NCBI GenBank assembly: GCA_964632315.1
Contig: CAZWEM010000069.1
Span: 1 to 16,280, forward strand
From: an uncultured archaeon
GTDB taxonomy: Archaea > Asgardarchaeota > Lokiarchaeia > Sigyniarchaeales > SOKP01
Length of the DNA: 16,280 bases
Direction: 5' to 3'
Shown: one piece after another, positions 1-8,616 of the stretch
Layout of the letters: each line of letters opens with the position of its first letter
How positions within the stretch are numbered: position 1 is the first letter of the stretch
Program-made: the position numbers and the translations under genes
Notes under the pieces: generated by a model
Told to the model about the DNA's origin: nothing
Databases searched by the model: none
What the model saw: only the letters and a program-made list of their open reading frames with translations

Positions 1-1
1 A

Positions 2-2236
2 TGGGATTTAACGAAATTCCACCGAGTTGACCGAAGAATTGGATCTCAGATGAAATCTGTTGGCGAAGTAATGGCAATTGGAAGAACATTCGAAGAGGTC
101 GTTCAAAAGGCAATAAGAATGTTAGATATTGGAATGAAAGGCTTCGTGGCTAATGATTTAAAATCAATTGAGGATCTAAATGAATTAAAATATGCTCTAA
201 GACACCCTACCGATTTAAGATTGTTTCGAATCGCTGAGGCTATAAAAAAAGGGATATCAATTGATGAAATATATCGATTGACTCAAGTTGATAAATGGTT
301 TCTTTACAAATTGAAAAATATCGTAGATTTAAAACGACAACTTCAAGATATCGAGTTGTTAGAAACCACAGAGGATGAAAAAACATATTGGTTAAAGCGA
401 GCAAAACGATTCGGTTTTTCTGATGGGCAAATAGCTAAAATTATGGGATTAGATACTATATTTATAAGGCAAATGAGAAGAAGATTAAATATTTTACCAT
501 TTGTCAAGAGAATTGACACGTTAGCTGCAGAATGGCCCGCAAAAACAAATTATTTATATCTCACTTACAGTGCTTCAGAACACGATATAAATTTTGAAGA
601 AGAGGATGAGAAAAATCTACAAAAGGTAATTGTTCTTGGCTCAGGAACATATAGGATAGGTGCATCGGTAGAATTTGACTGGGGGTCCGTAAATTGCTTG
701 TTAGGATTAAAAAAATTGGGGGTGGATCAGGCAATAATGATAAACTATAATCCTGAAACCGTGAGTACAGATTATGACATCTCAGATAAACTATACTTTG
801 AAGAATTATCTGGAGAGAGAGTATTAGATATCTGTGAACTTGAAAAAGCACATGGGATTGTTGTATCTGCTGGAGGCCAAATTGCTCAAAATCTTGCTTC
901 AAAGTTTTCAAAATATTCCGAAATATTTAGAAAAACGGGAATTAACATACTTGGGACACATGGAACGCGAATAGATATGGCAGAAGATAGAGCAAAGTTT
1001 AGTGCGTTGTTGGATCAACTCTTTATTAAACAACCTGAATGGAAAATGTTAACTACAAGTCAAGAAGCTTTAAAGTTTGCTAAAGAAGTAGGATATCCAA
1101 TACTTGTAAGGCCTTCTTACGTGTTAAGTGGAGCTGCAATGAGAGTATCCTACGATGAAAAAACCCTGAAAGATACATTAGACCTTGCAGCCGCTGTCTC
1201 AAAAGATTATCCTGTCGTGATTACGAAATTTTTTACTAATGCGCGTGAAGTTGAATGTGATGGTATTTCTGATGGAATTAATGTTCTAATTGGTGCTATC
1301 GTAGAGCACATTGAAAATGCGGGTGTTCATTCTGGGGATGCAAATATGGCAATACCACCCCAAACGATATCTCTTGAAGTAATGAACAAAATTGAAAGTT
1401 ATACTCAAAAAATTGCCTTAGCCCTAAAAATAAGAGGGCCATTCAACGTTCAATATTTAGTTAAAGGAGAGGAAGTATACGTAATAGAATGTAATCTTCG
1501 ATCCAGTAGATCCATGCCTTATGTATCAAAAACTCGTGGAATTAACCTCATGCGATTAGCAGCAGAAATTATAATGGGAAATAGAATTCCAGAATACTTA
1601 ATGAACTTACCTTATGGAAATTTTGTATCAATAAAAACGCCCATGTTCTCATTCATGAGATTGGATAAAGCAGACCCCATTTTAGGTGTGGAAATGGCTA
1701 GTACAGGAGAAGTTGCTTGTATCAACAGTAATTTTCCTGGTGCTTTAATGAAGGCTCTGGAAGCTGCAGAATCACACATACCAATTGATGGTGGAAATGT
1801 TTTAGTCTCTGTAGGTGGAGAGGAATTAAAAAGCAAAATTATTCCTTTAGCTCAGAAACTCAAAAATTTAGGTTTCACCATTTTTGCTACGGAAGATACT
1901 AAAAAGGCCCTTAATAATAAGGGAATAGAAGCAGTTAAATTATACAAGGTTCATGAAATGGGTATGACCCCAAACATAATGCAATGCTTAGAAGAAGGAA
2001 ATATTGGCATGGTAATTAACATTCCTATTCCTACCACTGTAGAAGAACAATTTAAACAGATTATGGAAGATGAGTATTTGATTCGTCGCTTAGCTGTTGA
2101 TTATAACATACCAGTAATAACTAATCTACAATTAGCAGAAGCAATTGTAAATGCAATCGAACAAATCAGAAATAATCCTTTAGAAATCAAGAGTTTGAAT
2201 GAATATCATCAAGAATTAAAAGAAATTTATTGGTGA
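2..2236 (+). CDS. carB: Carbamoyl-phosphate synthase large subunit (5'-truncated by window edge)
   Basis: The frame is open from position 2 (WDLTKFHRVDRRIGSQ-MKSVGEVMAIGRTFEE), so the ATG at 50 is internal. Conserved CarB motifs: MKSVGEVM, VKRIDTLAAE, NYNPETVSTDYD, VRPSYVLSG, EHIENAGVHSGD, VIECNLRSSRS, GVEMASTGEV, plus a C-terminal MGS-like domain (FATEDT...VINIP...IRRLAVDYNIPVITN). Confidence 0.97.
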   Translation, partial: WDLTKFHRVDRRIGSQMKSVGEVMAIGRTFEEVVQKAIRMLDIGMKGFVANDLKSIEDLNELKYALRHPTDLRLFRIAEAIKKGISIDEIYRLTQVDKWFLYKLKNIVDLKRQLQDIELLETTEDEKTYWLKRAKRFGFSDGQIAKIMGLDTIFIRQMRRRLNILPFVKRIDTLAAEWPAKTNYLYLTYSASEHDINFEEEDEKNLQKVIVLGSGTYRIGASVEFDWGSVNCLLGLKKLGVDQAIMINYNPETVSTDYDISDKLYFEELSGERVLDICELEKAHGIVVSAGGQIAQNLASKFSKYSEIFRKTGINILGTHGTRIDMAEDRAKFSALLDQLFIKQPEWKMLTTSQEALKFAKEVGYPILVRPSYVLSGAAMRVSYDEKTLKDTLDLAAAVSKDYPVVITKFFTNAREVECDGISDGINVLIGAIVEHIENAGVHSGDANMAIPPQTISLEVMNKIESYTQKIALALKIRGPFNVQYLVKGEEVYVIECNLRSSRSMPYVSKTRGINLMRLAAEIIMGNRIPEYLMNLPYGNFVSIKTPMFSFMRLDKADPILGVEMASTGEVACINSNFPGALMKALEAAESHIPIDGGNVLVSVGGEELKSKIIPLAQKLKNLGFTIFATEDTKKALNNKGIEAVKLYKVHEMGMTPNIMQCLEEGNIGMVINIPIPTTVEEQFKQIMEDEYLIRRLAVDYNIPVITNLQLAEAIVNAIEQIRNNPLEIKSLNEYHQELKEIYW

Positions 2237-2257
2237 TTTCAAGATTAATGCTTAATA

Positions 2258-2273
2258 CAAAAATACTTTATTA
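2258..2273 (+). promoter_or_regulatory. Putative BRE/TATA promoter for the RAM-domain gene
   Basis: CAAAAA followed by TTTATTA (2267-2273), about 60 nt upstream of ATG 2332. The AT-rich background makes this weak. Confidence 0.35.
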
Positions 2274-2331
2274 GAAAAAGATTTGAATATTTGATAACAC
2301 TTTCAGAATTTGTTAAAATTTGGTTCTAATC

Positions 2332-2616
2332 ATGTATTATCGAGGATATATTCTCATTCGACTTAAAATTATAGGATCTCAATGGAATATCGTTGATAAG
2401 ATTAATAGATTCAACCGAAATAACTCAACTGAAGCGTGGAAGATCACTTATATAACCCCTACCTATGGTGGATGGGATCTCATTATAGAGTGCCTATTTT
2501 CTGATTTAGACGATTTAGATACAATTGTTAGTTATTGCAGAACAGATCCAGACCTTATACAATGGATTGAAGCAACAACTACAATGATTAGTGCAAAAAA
2601 CGATTTCTTGGGATAA
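2332..2616 (+). CDS. Stand-alone Lrp/AsnC ligand-binding (RAM) domain protein, no HTH
   Basis: About 94 aa from ATG 2332 (ORF track starts at TTG 2320). The pattern GYILIRL...YITPTYGGWDLIIEC...DLDDLDTIV...IEATTTMI matches the beta-alpha-beta-beta-alpha-beta RAM/AsnC C-terminal signature (G-x-[WY]-D-L-I ... T-x-T-x-I). Recognised from motif only. Confidence 0.7.
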   Translation: MYYRGYILIRLKIIGSQWNIVDKINRFNRNNSTEAWKITYITPTYGGWDLIIECLFSDLDDLDTIVSYCRTDPDLIQWIEATTTMISAKNDFLG

Positions 2617-2627
2617 TCAAATAAGTT

Positions 2628-2635
2628 AAAAAAAA
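2628..2635 (-). terminator. Oligo-T terminator for the AbrB-PhoU gene
   Basis: A8 run on + (T8 on -) just downstream of the minus-strand stop, in the 25-nt gap between convergent genes. Oligo-U termination is typical of archaea. Confidence 0.5.
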
Positions 2636-2641
2636 TTTGAA

Positions 2642-3649
2642 CTAAATCAGATTATTGATGATTATCTCAGAAATATCACCTGCATATTCTCCAGTTCTTC
2701 GAATGCTTTCTATGACATATCCAATTTCAACAGCAAAATCATGAGCATTTTCTCTATTAAATTGAATTTGTTGACAAAATGTAATTAAATTATTGATAGA
2801 TTCAATATTCTTATTAGCAAGTTCTAAATTTTTTTGAAGCCAAGAATCAAGACTTATGTTTAGTAATTCTAGTGATAATTTACTAGCTTTTGTTATTTCT
2901 TGGAATAATGATTTCCCAATTTTATCATAATCTATTTTTAATACATTTTCAGCAATCTTAACAGCATGATCTCCAATTCTCTCTAAAAATTTACTCATCA
3001 ATTGAAAATTAGAAGCATCTTCCAATGTGATATTCATTTTCTGACATAAAATGATGTCCCTAAGTACAATATGTGATTGACGTTCAACTAACCAATTCAA
3101 TTTATCCAATTCATCGTCTCTTTCGATTACTTTTTGGGCTAAGTTTTTATTGCCCGTTTCAAATGCATTAACTGCATCTTCATGCATTTCTTGAGCTAAT
3201 ATATACATCCTTCGTATAGCTTTTTCAAAAGGATACTCTTTCGGGTTAAGGAGATCCTTGATGAATATACGATTTGCTGATTCCTCTATTATTTCAGGTC
3301 CAATGGTAATTCGTATAAATCCTTTTATTGTTTCTTTGATCTTTCTCTCAAATTTGTCCGAAGTTGTTTGCACGATAATGATCGAATATCCCATTATATA
3401 TGCTCCAATTAGTAGACGAAAGAGATAATCAGAGTCCATATTATCTTTTACGGTAAATTCCTTTTTCTTTACATACTCCTGTGAAGTGCTATATGGAGTA
3501 ACCAACAAGTTTCCATCTGGTTGAGATAAAATTCCTAATGTGTCATTCTTTTTCACGTTATGCTCTCTAATCCATCCTTTAGGGAGTGATATGATGTAGC
3601 TGGAGCCCCCAGTTTGTTGCACTTTTCGAGTCTCTATATGAAATGACAT
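2642..3649 (-). CDS. phoU: Archaeal phosphate uptake regulator: N-terminal AbrB/MazE-like DNA-binding domain plus PhoU domains
   Basis: The N-terminus ETRKVQQTGGSSYIISLPKGW is the swapped-hairpin AbrB motif. PhoU repeats follow (ERDDELDKL, LERIGDHAVKIAE, IRRTGEYAGDISE). Divergent from pstSCAB. Confidence 0.92.
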   Translation of the reverse strand: MSFHIETRKVQQTGGSSYIISLPKGWIREHNVKKNDTLGILSQPDGNLLVTPYSTSQEYVKKKEFTVKDNMDSDYLFRLLIGAYIMGYSIIIVQTTSDKFERKIKETIKGFIRITIGPEIIEESANRIFIKDLLNPKEYPFEKAIRRMYILAQEMHEDAVNAFETGNKNLAQKVIERDDELDKLNWLVERQSHIVLRDIILCQKMNITLEDASNFQLMSKFLERIGDHAVKIAENVLKIDYDKIGKSLFQEITKASKLSLELLNISLDSWLQKNLELANKNIESINNLITFCQQIQFNRENAHDFAVEIGYVIESIRRTGEYAGDISEIIINNLI

Positions 3650-3670
3650 TTTTAATTACACGATTTCTTT

Positions 3671-3771
3671 TCTATAATATATAAATAGCTATATTACGAT
3701 AAAAATATTATATATATGATATATATTGCTTATATAGATCTCTAGATTGTATATAGGCACAATTTATATAT
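3671..3771. promoter_or_regulatory. Array of helically phased AT boxes (candidate phosphate-regulator operator, overlapping the AbrB-PhoU promoter)
   Basis: TATATA 3711-16, ATATAT 3721-26, TATATA 3731-36, TCTAGA 3741-46, TATATA 3750-55, with further copies near 3678, 3690 and 3765. Spacing is about 10 bp. Confidence 0.55.
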
Positions 3772-3866
3772 CACTGACTCTCTAAAAATCCTCTTTCATC
3801 ACTTCTATATTCTTTTTTTACAAATAATTTGCCCCTAAGAATAAACAAACTCATCAATACTTAAAA

Positions 3867-3893
3867 CTATATAGATTCAATATTGAATATATT
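3867..3893. promoter_or_regulatory. Palindromic operator candidate upstream of pstS
   Basis: CTATATAG (3867-74) directly followed by the perfect 14-bp palindrome ATTCAATATTGAAT (3875-88), extendable to 3871-3892 with one mismatched pair. Lies upstream of a TTTATTA TATA-like box near 3920. Confidence 0.5.
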
Positions 3894-3997
3894 TCTTCAT
3901 AAACTATGTCGAAATCGCTTTTATTATACTGAGGGTATCTCTAAATAACCAAATTTAAAACAAAATAACAATTTACAACAAAATTGAGATTTTTTTA

Positions 3998-5110
3998 ATG
4001 AAAGAACGAACTATAATATATATCTTAACAATTGCCTTAATTGGAACAATTATAGGATTCAGTGCTGGATTTTTTATTGTAAGTCAGCCTACAACTCCTA
4101 TAAGACTCAGTGGGGCAGGAGCTACCTTTCCAGCACCTTTATATCAAAAATGGTCATCAGAATTTGATGATCTAACTGGAATTCAAGTAGATTATGAAGG
4201 GATTGGGAGTGGTGGAGGCATTACTCAACATACGGCAAAGACAGTAGATTTTGGAGCATCAGATCCACCAATGAAGACATCTGAATGGGAAGCGGCAACA
4301 GGTACTTTACAACTACCTATGACAATAGGATCAGTGGTTGTTGCTTATAGTTTACCTGGAATATCATTACCTCTTAATTTGACGGGATCTATTACTGCTG
4401 ATATATTTGCTAGGAAAATGACTAAATGGAATAATGCGACACTACAAGCATTGAATCCAGCATTAACTTTACCAAATCAAGATATCGCGGTTGTTCATAG
4501 ATCAGACTCAAGTGGAACGACAGCAGTATTTACTAGTTTCTTGTCTGATGAGAGTTCAATGTGGAATACTACTTATGGAGCTTCTAAAAACATTAATTGG
4601 GATGCAAACACCGTAGGTCAAAAGGGAAATCCTGGTGTAGCACAATATATTCAACAAAATGACTACTCAATCGGGTATATCGAATTATCATATGCTCAAG
4701 AAAGTAGCATTGATTATGCTTTAATGCAGAACGCAGATGGGGTCTTTTCTTTAGCCAGTTTAGCAACTGTAGCGAACGCAGCTTCTTTTGCTTCACTTAC
4801 ATTACCGGCTGGAGATGAAGATTGGGCATCTGTAGGTAGTTATTTTGCCTTAAGTCCAGGTTGTGGAGATGGATACCCAATTTCATCATTTTCCTACATG
4901 TTGGTTTATCAAGAATTAAATTTAATTCCCGGCATGACCTTAATAAAGGCACAAGCTTTAACAAATTGGTTATGGTGGTGTACTCATCAAGCTCAGTCTT
5001 ATGCCGCAGCATTACATTATGTTGAAATTCCACCAGCAGTGATATCAATAAACGAAGCGAGTCTACGTTCTATTACATTTGATGGGGTAGTTGTTAATAC
5101 ATGGCAATAG
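3998..5110 (+). CDS. pstS: Phosphate ABC transporter substrate-binding protein PstS
   Basis: Motifs GAGATFPAPLY, YEGIGSGGG, VDFGASD, HRSDSSGTT, IGYIELSYA and YPISSFSY. The N-terminal hydrophobic anchor has no lipobox Cys. Confidence 0.97.
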   Translation: MKERTIIYILTIALIGTIIGFSAGFFIVSQPTTPIRLSGAGATFPAPLYQKWSSEFDDLTGIQVDYEGIGSGGGITQHTAKTVDFGASDPPMKTSEWEAATGTLQLPMTIGSVVVAYSLPGISLPLNLTGSITADIFARKMTKWNNATLQALNPALTLPNQDIAVVHRSDSSGTTAVFTSFLSDESSMWNTTYGASKNINWDANTVGQKGNPGVAQYIQQNDYSIGYIELSYAQESSIDYALMQNADGVFSLASLATVANAASFASLTLPAGDEDWASVGSYFALSPGCGDGYPISSFSYMLVYQELNLIPGMTLIKAQALTNWLWWCTHQAQSYAAALHYVEIPPAVISINEASLRSITFDGVVVNTWQ

Positions 5111-5140
5111 AAAAATTATATTTGAAACTTAAATTAAATC

Positions 5141-5148
5141 TTTTTTTT
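5141..5148 (+). terminator. Internal oligo-T terminator between pstS and pstC
   Basis: T8 run about 30 nt after the pstS stop, in a 76-nt intergenic gap. Confidence 0.45.
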
Positions 5149-5186
5149 ATAAGTTCTCATAAAATTCATAGTTAATCTGTTTAAAT

Positions 5187-6197
5187 ATGGAAGAACAAGT
5201 ATCTGTATTTCCGGAAGATTATCCAGAAAAAAAAAGGAAGAAAATCATTTTAAAAGGAGAAATCTCTGGAGATTCATTTTTTAAGTCATTTTTAGGGATA
5301 ATGACCATTCTGATATTTATAATTATGGGATTATTGATATTAACTCTTGTTTTAAGATCTTTACTTTCAATTGAGACTTATGGGTTTGGGTTTCTCTGGG
5401 GAACTATGTGGAATCCAACTCCAGCAGATCCTAATGCATCACCTGAATTTGGAGTTCTACCTCCTTTACTGGGAACCTTAGTTACTTCTTTAATTGCTAT
5501 TCTCATAGGTTTTCCAATAAGTATGGGAATTGCATTAGCCCTTTCTGAATTTACTTCTAAAAGAATAAATTTTTGGGGTTCATTTCTAGTTGAACTATTA
5601 GCTGCAATTCCAAGCGTAATTTATGGACTTTGGGGTATATTTACATTAATACCATTCTTAAGAGGTTTCATCTATCCCGTAATTCAAAATGTATTTTTTT
5701 TCCTCCCATTTTTTCAAGGAACAGATAACGGTTACAATGTTTTTACAGGGGGAATTATTTTAGCGATTATGATAATTCCTACAATTACAGCCATTTCTCG
5801 AGATATATTTGCAGCAGTTCCAGATAGCCAAAGAGAAGCAATAATCGCTTTAGGTGCAACAAAGTGGGAGTCAACAAAAGTTATTAGGAGATATGGACGG
5901 TCTGGTGTGATAGGAGCAGTTATATTAGGACTTGGCCGAGCAATAGGAGAAACAATGGCAGTGACAATGGTTATTGGAAATTCATTTCATTTATTTGACT
6001 CATTATTTGATCCTAGCTACACACTAGCATCTCTAATAGCAAATGAATTCACAGAAGCTAGTTCTCCAGAAGTATATCTCTCTGCCTTAATCGAAACGGG
6101 ATTGGTATTACTTATTCTGGCTTTAGTTGTAAACATTACAGCTAGATTAATAATTAGACATACAACAAGAAAATTTAGAGGAGTTGAAACCTTTTAG
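5187..6197 (+). CDS. pstC: Phosphate ABC transporter permease PstC
   Basis: VELLAAIPSVIYGLWG, EAA-loop-like REAIIALGATKWE, LGRAIGETMAVTMVIGN, TLASLIANEF. Multiple TM segments. Confidence 0.97.
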   Translation: MEEQVSVFPEDYPEKKRKKIILKGEISGDSFFKSFLGIMTILIFIIMGLLILTLVLRSLLSIETYGFGFLWGTMWNPTPADPNASPEFGVLPPLLGTLVTSLIAILIGFPISMGIALALSEFTSKRINFWGSFLVELLAAIPSVIYGLWGIFTLIPFLRGFIYPVIQNVFFFLPFFQGTDNGYNVFTGGIILAIMIIPTITAISRDIFAAVPDSQREAIIALGATKWESTKVIRRYGRSGVIGAVILGLGRAIGETMAVTMVIGNSFHLFDSLFDPSYTLASLIANEFTEASSPEVYLSALIETGLVLLILALVVNITARLIIRHTTRKFRGVETF

Positions 6198-7045
6198 TGA
6201 AATTATCAGAAGTAACATGGTTTAAAATACGAAAAATTAGATCATATTTTATGATATCTCTATGTTTTTTAGCTTTACTTATTGGTTTAATACCTCTAAT
6301 CAGTATTTTAGCAGAAGTAGTCATAAATGGAATAAGCCAATTAAATATTGGATTTTTAACTCAAGAAATCGCTCCATTGGGGCAGTCTGGAGGAGGAATA
6401 GGCCCTGCTATTATGGGGACCCTCTTTGTAATTTTTCTTGCCAGCTTAATTGGCATACCTATAGGGGTATTTTCTGGTATCTTTTTAGCAGAATATCCCG
6501 AAAGTAGAATGGCATTTACTGCTGGATTTTTAAATGATGTACTTTCTAATATGCCTTCAATCGTCATTGGTATCTTTGCATGGATATTAATTGTAGTCTA
6601 TACAGGATGGTCTGTTATAGCTGGTGGTTTTGCTCTAGGTATAATGATGATTCCTTTAATAACGAGAGCAACAGAAGAATCTATTAAGATAGTACCTTCT
6701 ACCGTAAAAGAAGCGTCGTTAGCCTTAGGAATAACTCATTGGAGGACAACGCTAATTGTCACCGTTCCCACAGCAAAAAGAGGGATAATTACAGGAATAT
6801 TATTAGCTATTGCAAGAGTAGCAGGTGAAACCGCACCGTTATTATTAACTATTCTTGGAAGCAGATTTTTCTTAACAAGTCTTTTTGAACCAACAGCAGC
6901 GCTTCCATTAACCATTTTCAATTCGTCTCAGTCTCCATTTATATCAATTGATTGGCCTAAAGCATGGGGGGCTTCATTAGTTTTGATATTTTTAGTTCTT
7001 TTTCTCAATATCATAGTTAGATTATTAACAAAAGAGAAATTTTAG
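6197..7045 (+). CDS. pstA: Phosphate ABC transporter permease PstA
   Basis: The GTG start overlaps the pstC TAG by 1 nt (TAGTG), with GAGGAG upstream. Motifs MPSIVIGIF, KEASLALG, LAIARVAGETAPLL. Confidence 0.96.
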   Translation: MKLSEVTWFKIRKIRSYFMISLCFLALLIGLIPLISILAEVVINGISQLNIGFLTQEIAPLGQSGGGIGPAIMGTLFVIFLASLIGIPIGVFSGIFLAEYPESRMAFTAGFLNDVLSNMPSIVIGIFAWILIVVYTGWSVIAGGFALGIMMIPLITRATEESIKIVPSTVKEASLALGITHWRTTLIVTVPTAKRGIITGILLAIARVAGETAPLLLTILGSRFFLTSLFEPTAALPLTIFNSSQSPFISIDWPKAWGASLVLIFLVLFLNIIVRLLTKEKF

Positions 7046-7057
7046 ATGTGACTTATT

Positions 7058-7828
7058 TTGATTAAATTAAAAATTGAAAATTTGAATGTCTGGTTTGGCA
7101 AGAAACAAGTTCTATATAACATTAATTTAGATTTTAAAAAAAACCATGTAACCGCAATAATCGGGCCATCGGGATGTGGTAAAACTACATTACTTCGAAG
7201 CATGAATAAAATGCATGAACTTATACCTAATGCGAAAGTCACCGGTAGCATTACAATGGACAACTATAACATATATGGTAATGATAATAATTATGAATCA
7301 CTTGATTCTGTATTAGTTAGAAGGAAAATAGGAATGGTATTTCAAAAACCAAATCCATTTCCAACCATGTCAGTTTTTGATAACGCAATAGCTGGTCTTA
7401 AATTAAAGGGTGTAAGAAATAGAGATAAGTTAGAAGAATTTGTAGAAAAATATTTAAAATTGACCCACTTATGGGATGAAGTGAAGGACGACTTAGATAA
7501 ATCGGGAGCTAGCCTTTCTGGGGGTCAACAACAAAGACTTTGCATCGCTAGAGCTTTAGCAGTTGAACCCGAAATACTTTTAATGGACGAACCTTGTTCA
7601 GCATTGGATCCAATTGCTACTGGAAAAATAGAAGAGTTAATACTTGAACTGAAGAAATATTGGACCGTAATTATGGTAACTCACAATATGCAGCAAGCTG
7701 CAAGAATTGCTGATTATACATGCTTTATGTATTTAGGAAAATTGATAGAATTTGGTGAAACTACTCAAATTTTTGAAAATCCCAGTAAAGAACTTACTGA
7801 GAATTATATAACAGGAAGATTTGGATGA
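7058..7828 (+). CDS. pstB: Phosphate ABC transporter ATP-binding protein PstB
   Basis: Walker [10 protein letters not shown]-loop [10 protein letters not shown], signature [13 protein letters not shown], Walker [21 protein letters not shown] and C-terminal YITGRFG. TTG start with an SD-like GATGTGA upstream. Confidence 0.98.
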   Translation: MIKLKIENLNVWFGKKQVLYNINLDFKKNHVTAIIGPSGCGKTTLLRSMNKMHELIPNAKVTGSITMDNYNIYGNDNNYESLDSVLVRRKIGMVFQKPNPFPTMSVFDNAIAGLKLKGVRNRDKLEEFVEKYLKLTHLWDEVKDDLDKSGASLSGGQQQRLCIARALAVEPEILLMDEPCSALDPIATGKIEELILELKKYWTVIMVTHNMQQAARIADYTCFMYLGKLIEFGETTQIFENPSKELTENYITGRFG

Positions 7829-7839
7829 GGTGAAATAAA

Positions 7840-8490
7840 ATGGCAAAAGAATTTCATAAAAATTTGGATATATTGAAAACCAGACTAATTGATATGTCAG
7901 GTCTAGCTTTTAAAATGTTATCTGACTCAATTAAAGCTCTTTCAGAAAATGATATAGACCTAGCAAATAAAGTCAATGATAAAAAAGAAGAGCTTAGGGA
8001 ATTTGATGTTGAAATAGAAACAAAATCACTCCAATTACTGACACTTTATCAACCAATGGCAGTCGATCTTAGGACGATCGCCGCGATTTTAAAAATAATT
8101 ACTTATTTATATCGAATCGGACGTTATGGTAAAGATACTGCGGCAGTTGTTATCGAAATAAAAGATAAGCATCCTTTATCTGAAATTATCGGAATAGTTC
8201 ACATGTGGGAGCATGTTCAATCAATGTTAGACGATGCAATAGAGGCATTTACCACTAGAAATATTTCGAAATTAGAAGAATTTACAGAAAGGGATAATGA
8301 AATTGATCTATTGAGATGGAGTATTTTCAGAGAAGCTGTATCTTATATGATGGAGGATCCAAGAAATATCACTACTTCAGCTCATATGATGATGATTGCT
8401 CGTTATTTAGAAAGATGCGGAGATCATGCTTGTAAAATAGCAGAAAAAGTGTATTATATGGTAACGGGTAAACACATAGAAATTACCTGA
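7840..8490 (+). CDS. phoU: Phosphate signalling complex protein PhoU (canonical type)
   Basis: YQPMAVDLR, RIGRYGKD, ERDNEID, ARYLERCGDHACKIAEKVYYMVTG. Strong archaeal SD GAGGTGA overlapping the pstB stop. Confidence 0.96.
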   Translation: MAKEFHKNLDILKTRLIDMSGLAFKMLSDSIKALSENDIDLANKVNDKKEELREFDVEIETKSLQLLTLYQPMAVDLRTIAAILKIITYLYRIGRYGKDTAAVVIEIKDKHPLSEIIGIVHMWEHVQSMLDDAIEAFTTRNISKLEEFTERDNEIDLLRWSIFREAVSYMMEDPRNITTSAHMMMIARYLERCGDHACKIAEKVYYMVTGKHIEIT

Positions 8491-8616
8491 AAATTAGGTA
8501 GAATCAATTAATAATTTCTTTGGCGCATCAATCTCTAAAATTTACTTTTCCTTAAATTTTAATAAATATTATAGTATAACACAATTATTCCTTTATTTTT
8601 ATCTTTGTGGTATCAA

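Noticed and set aside
561-911. 116-aa minus-strand ORF (and 1612..1836)
   Set aside because: Antisense shadows inside the well-conserved carB, with no recognisable motifs.
4593-5048. Two minus-strand ORFs (67 and 83 aa)
   Set aside because: Antisense to pstS, with no protein-like features.
6262-7263. Short alternative-frame and antisense ORFs (6262..6507, 6361..6567, 6736..6921, 7042..7263)
   Set aside because: They overlap pstA/pstB and are typical shadow ORFs of conserved genes.
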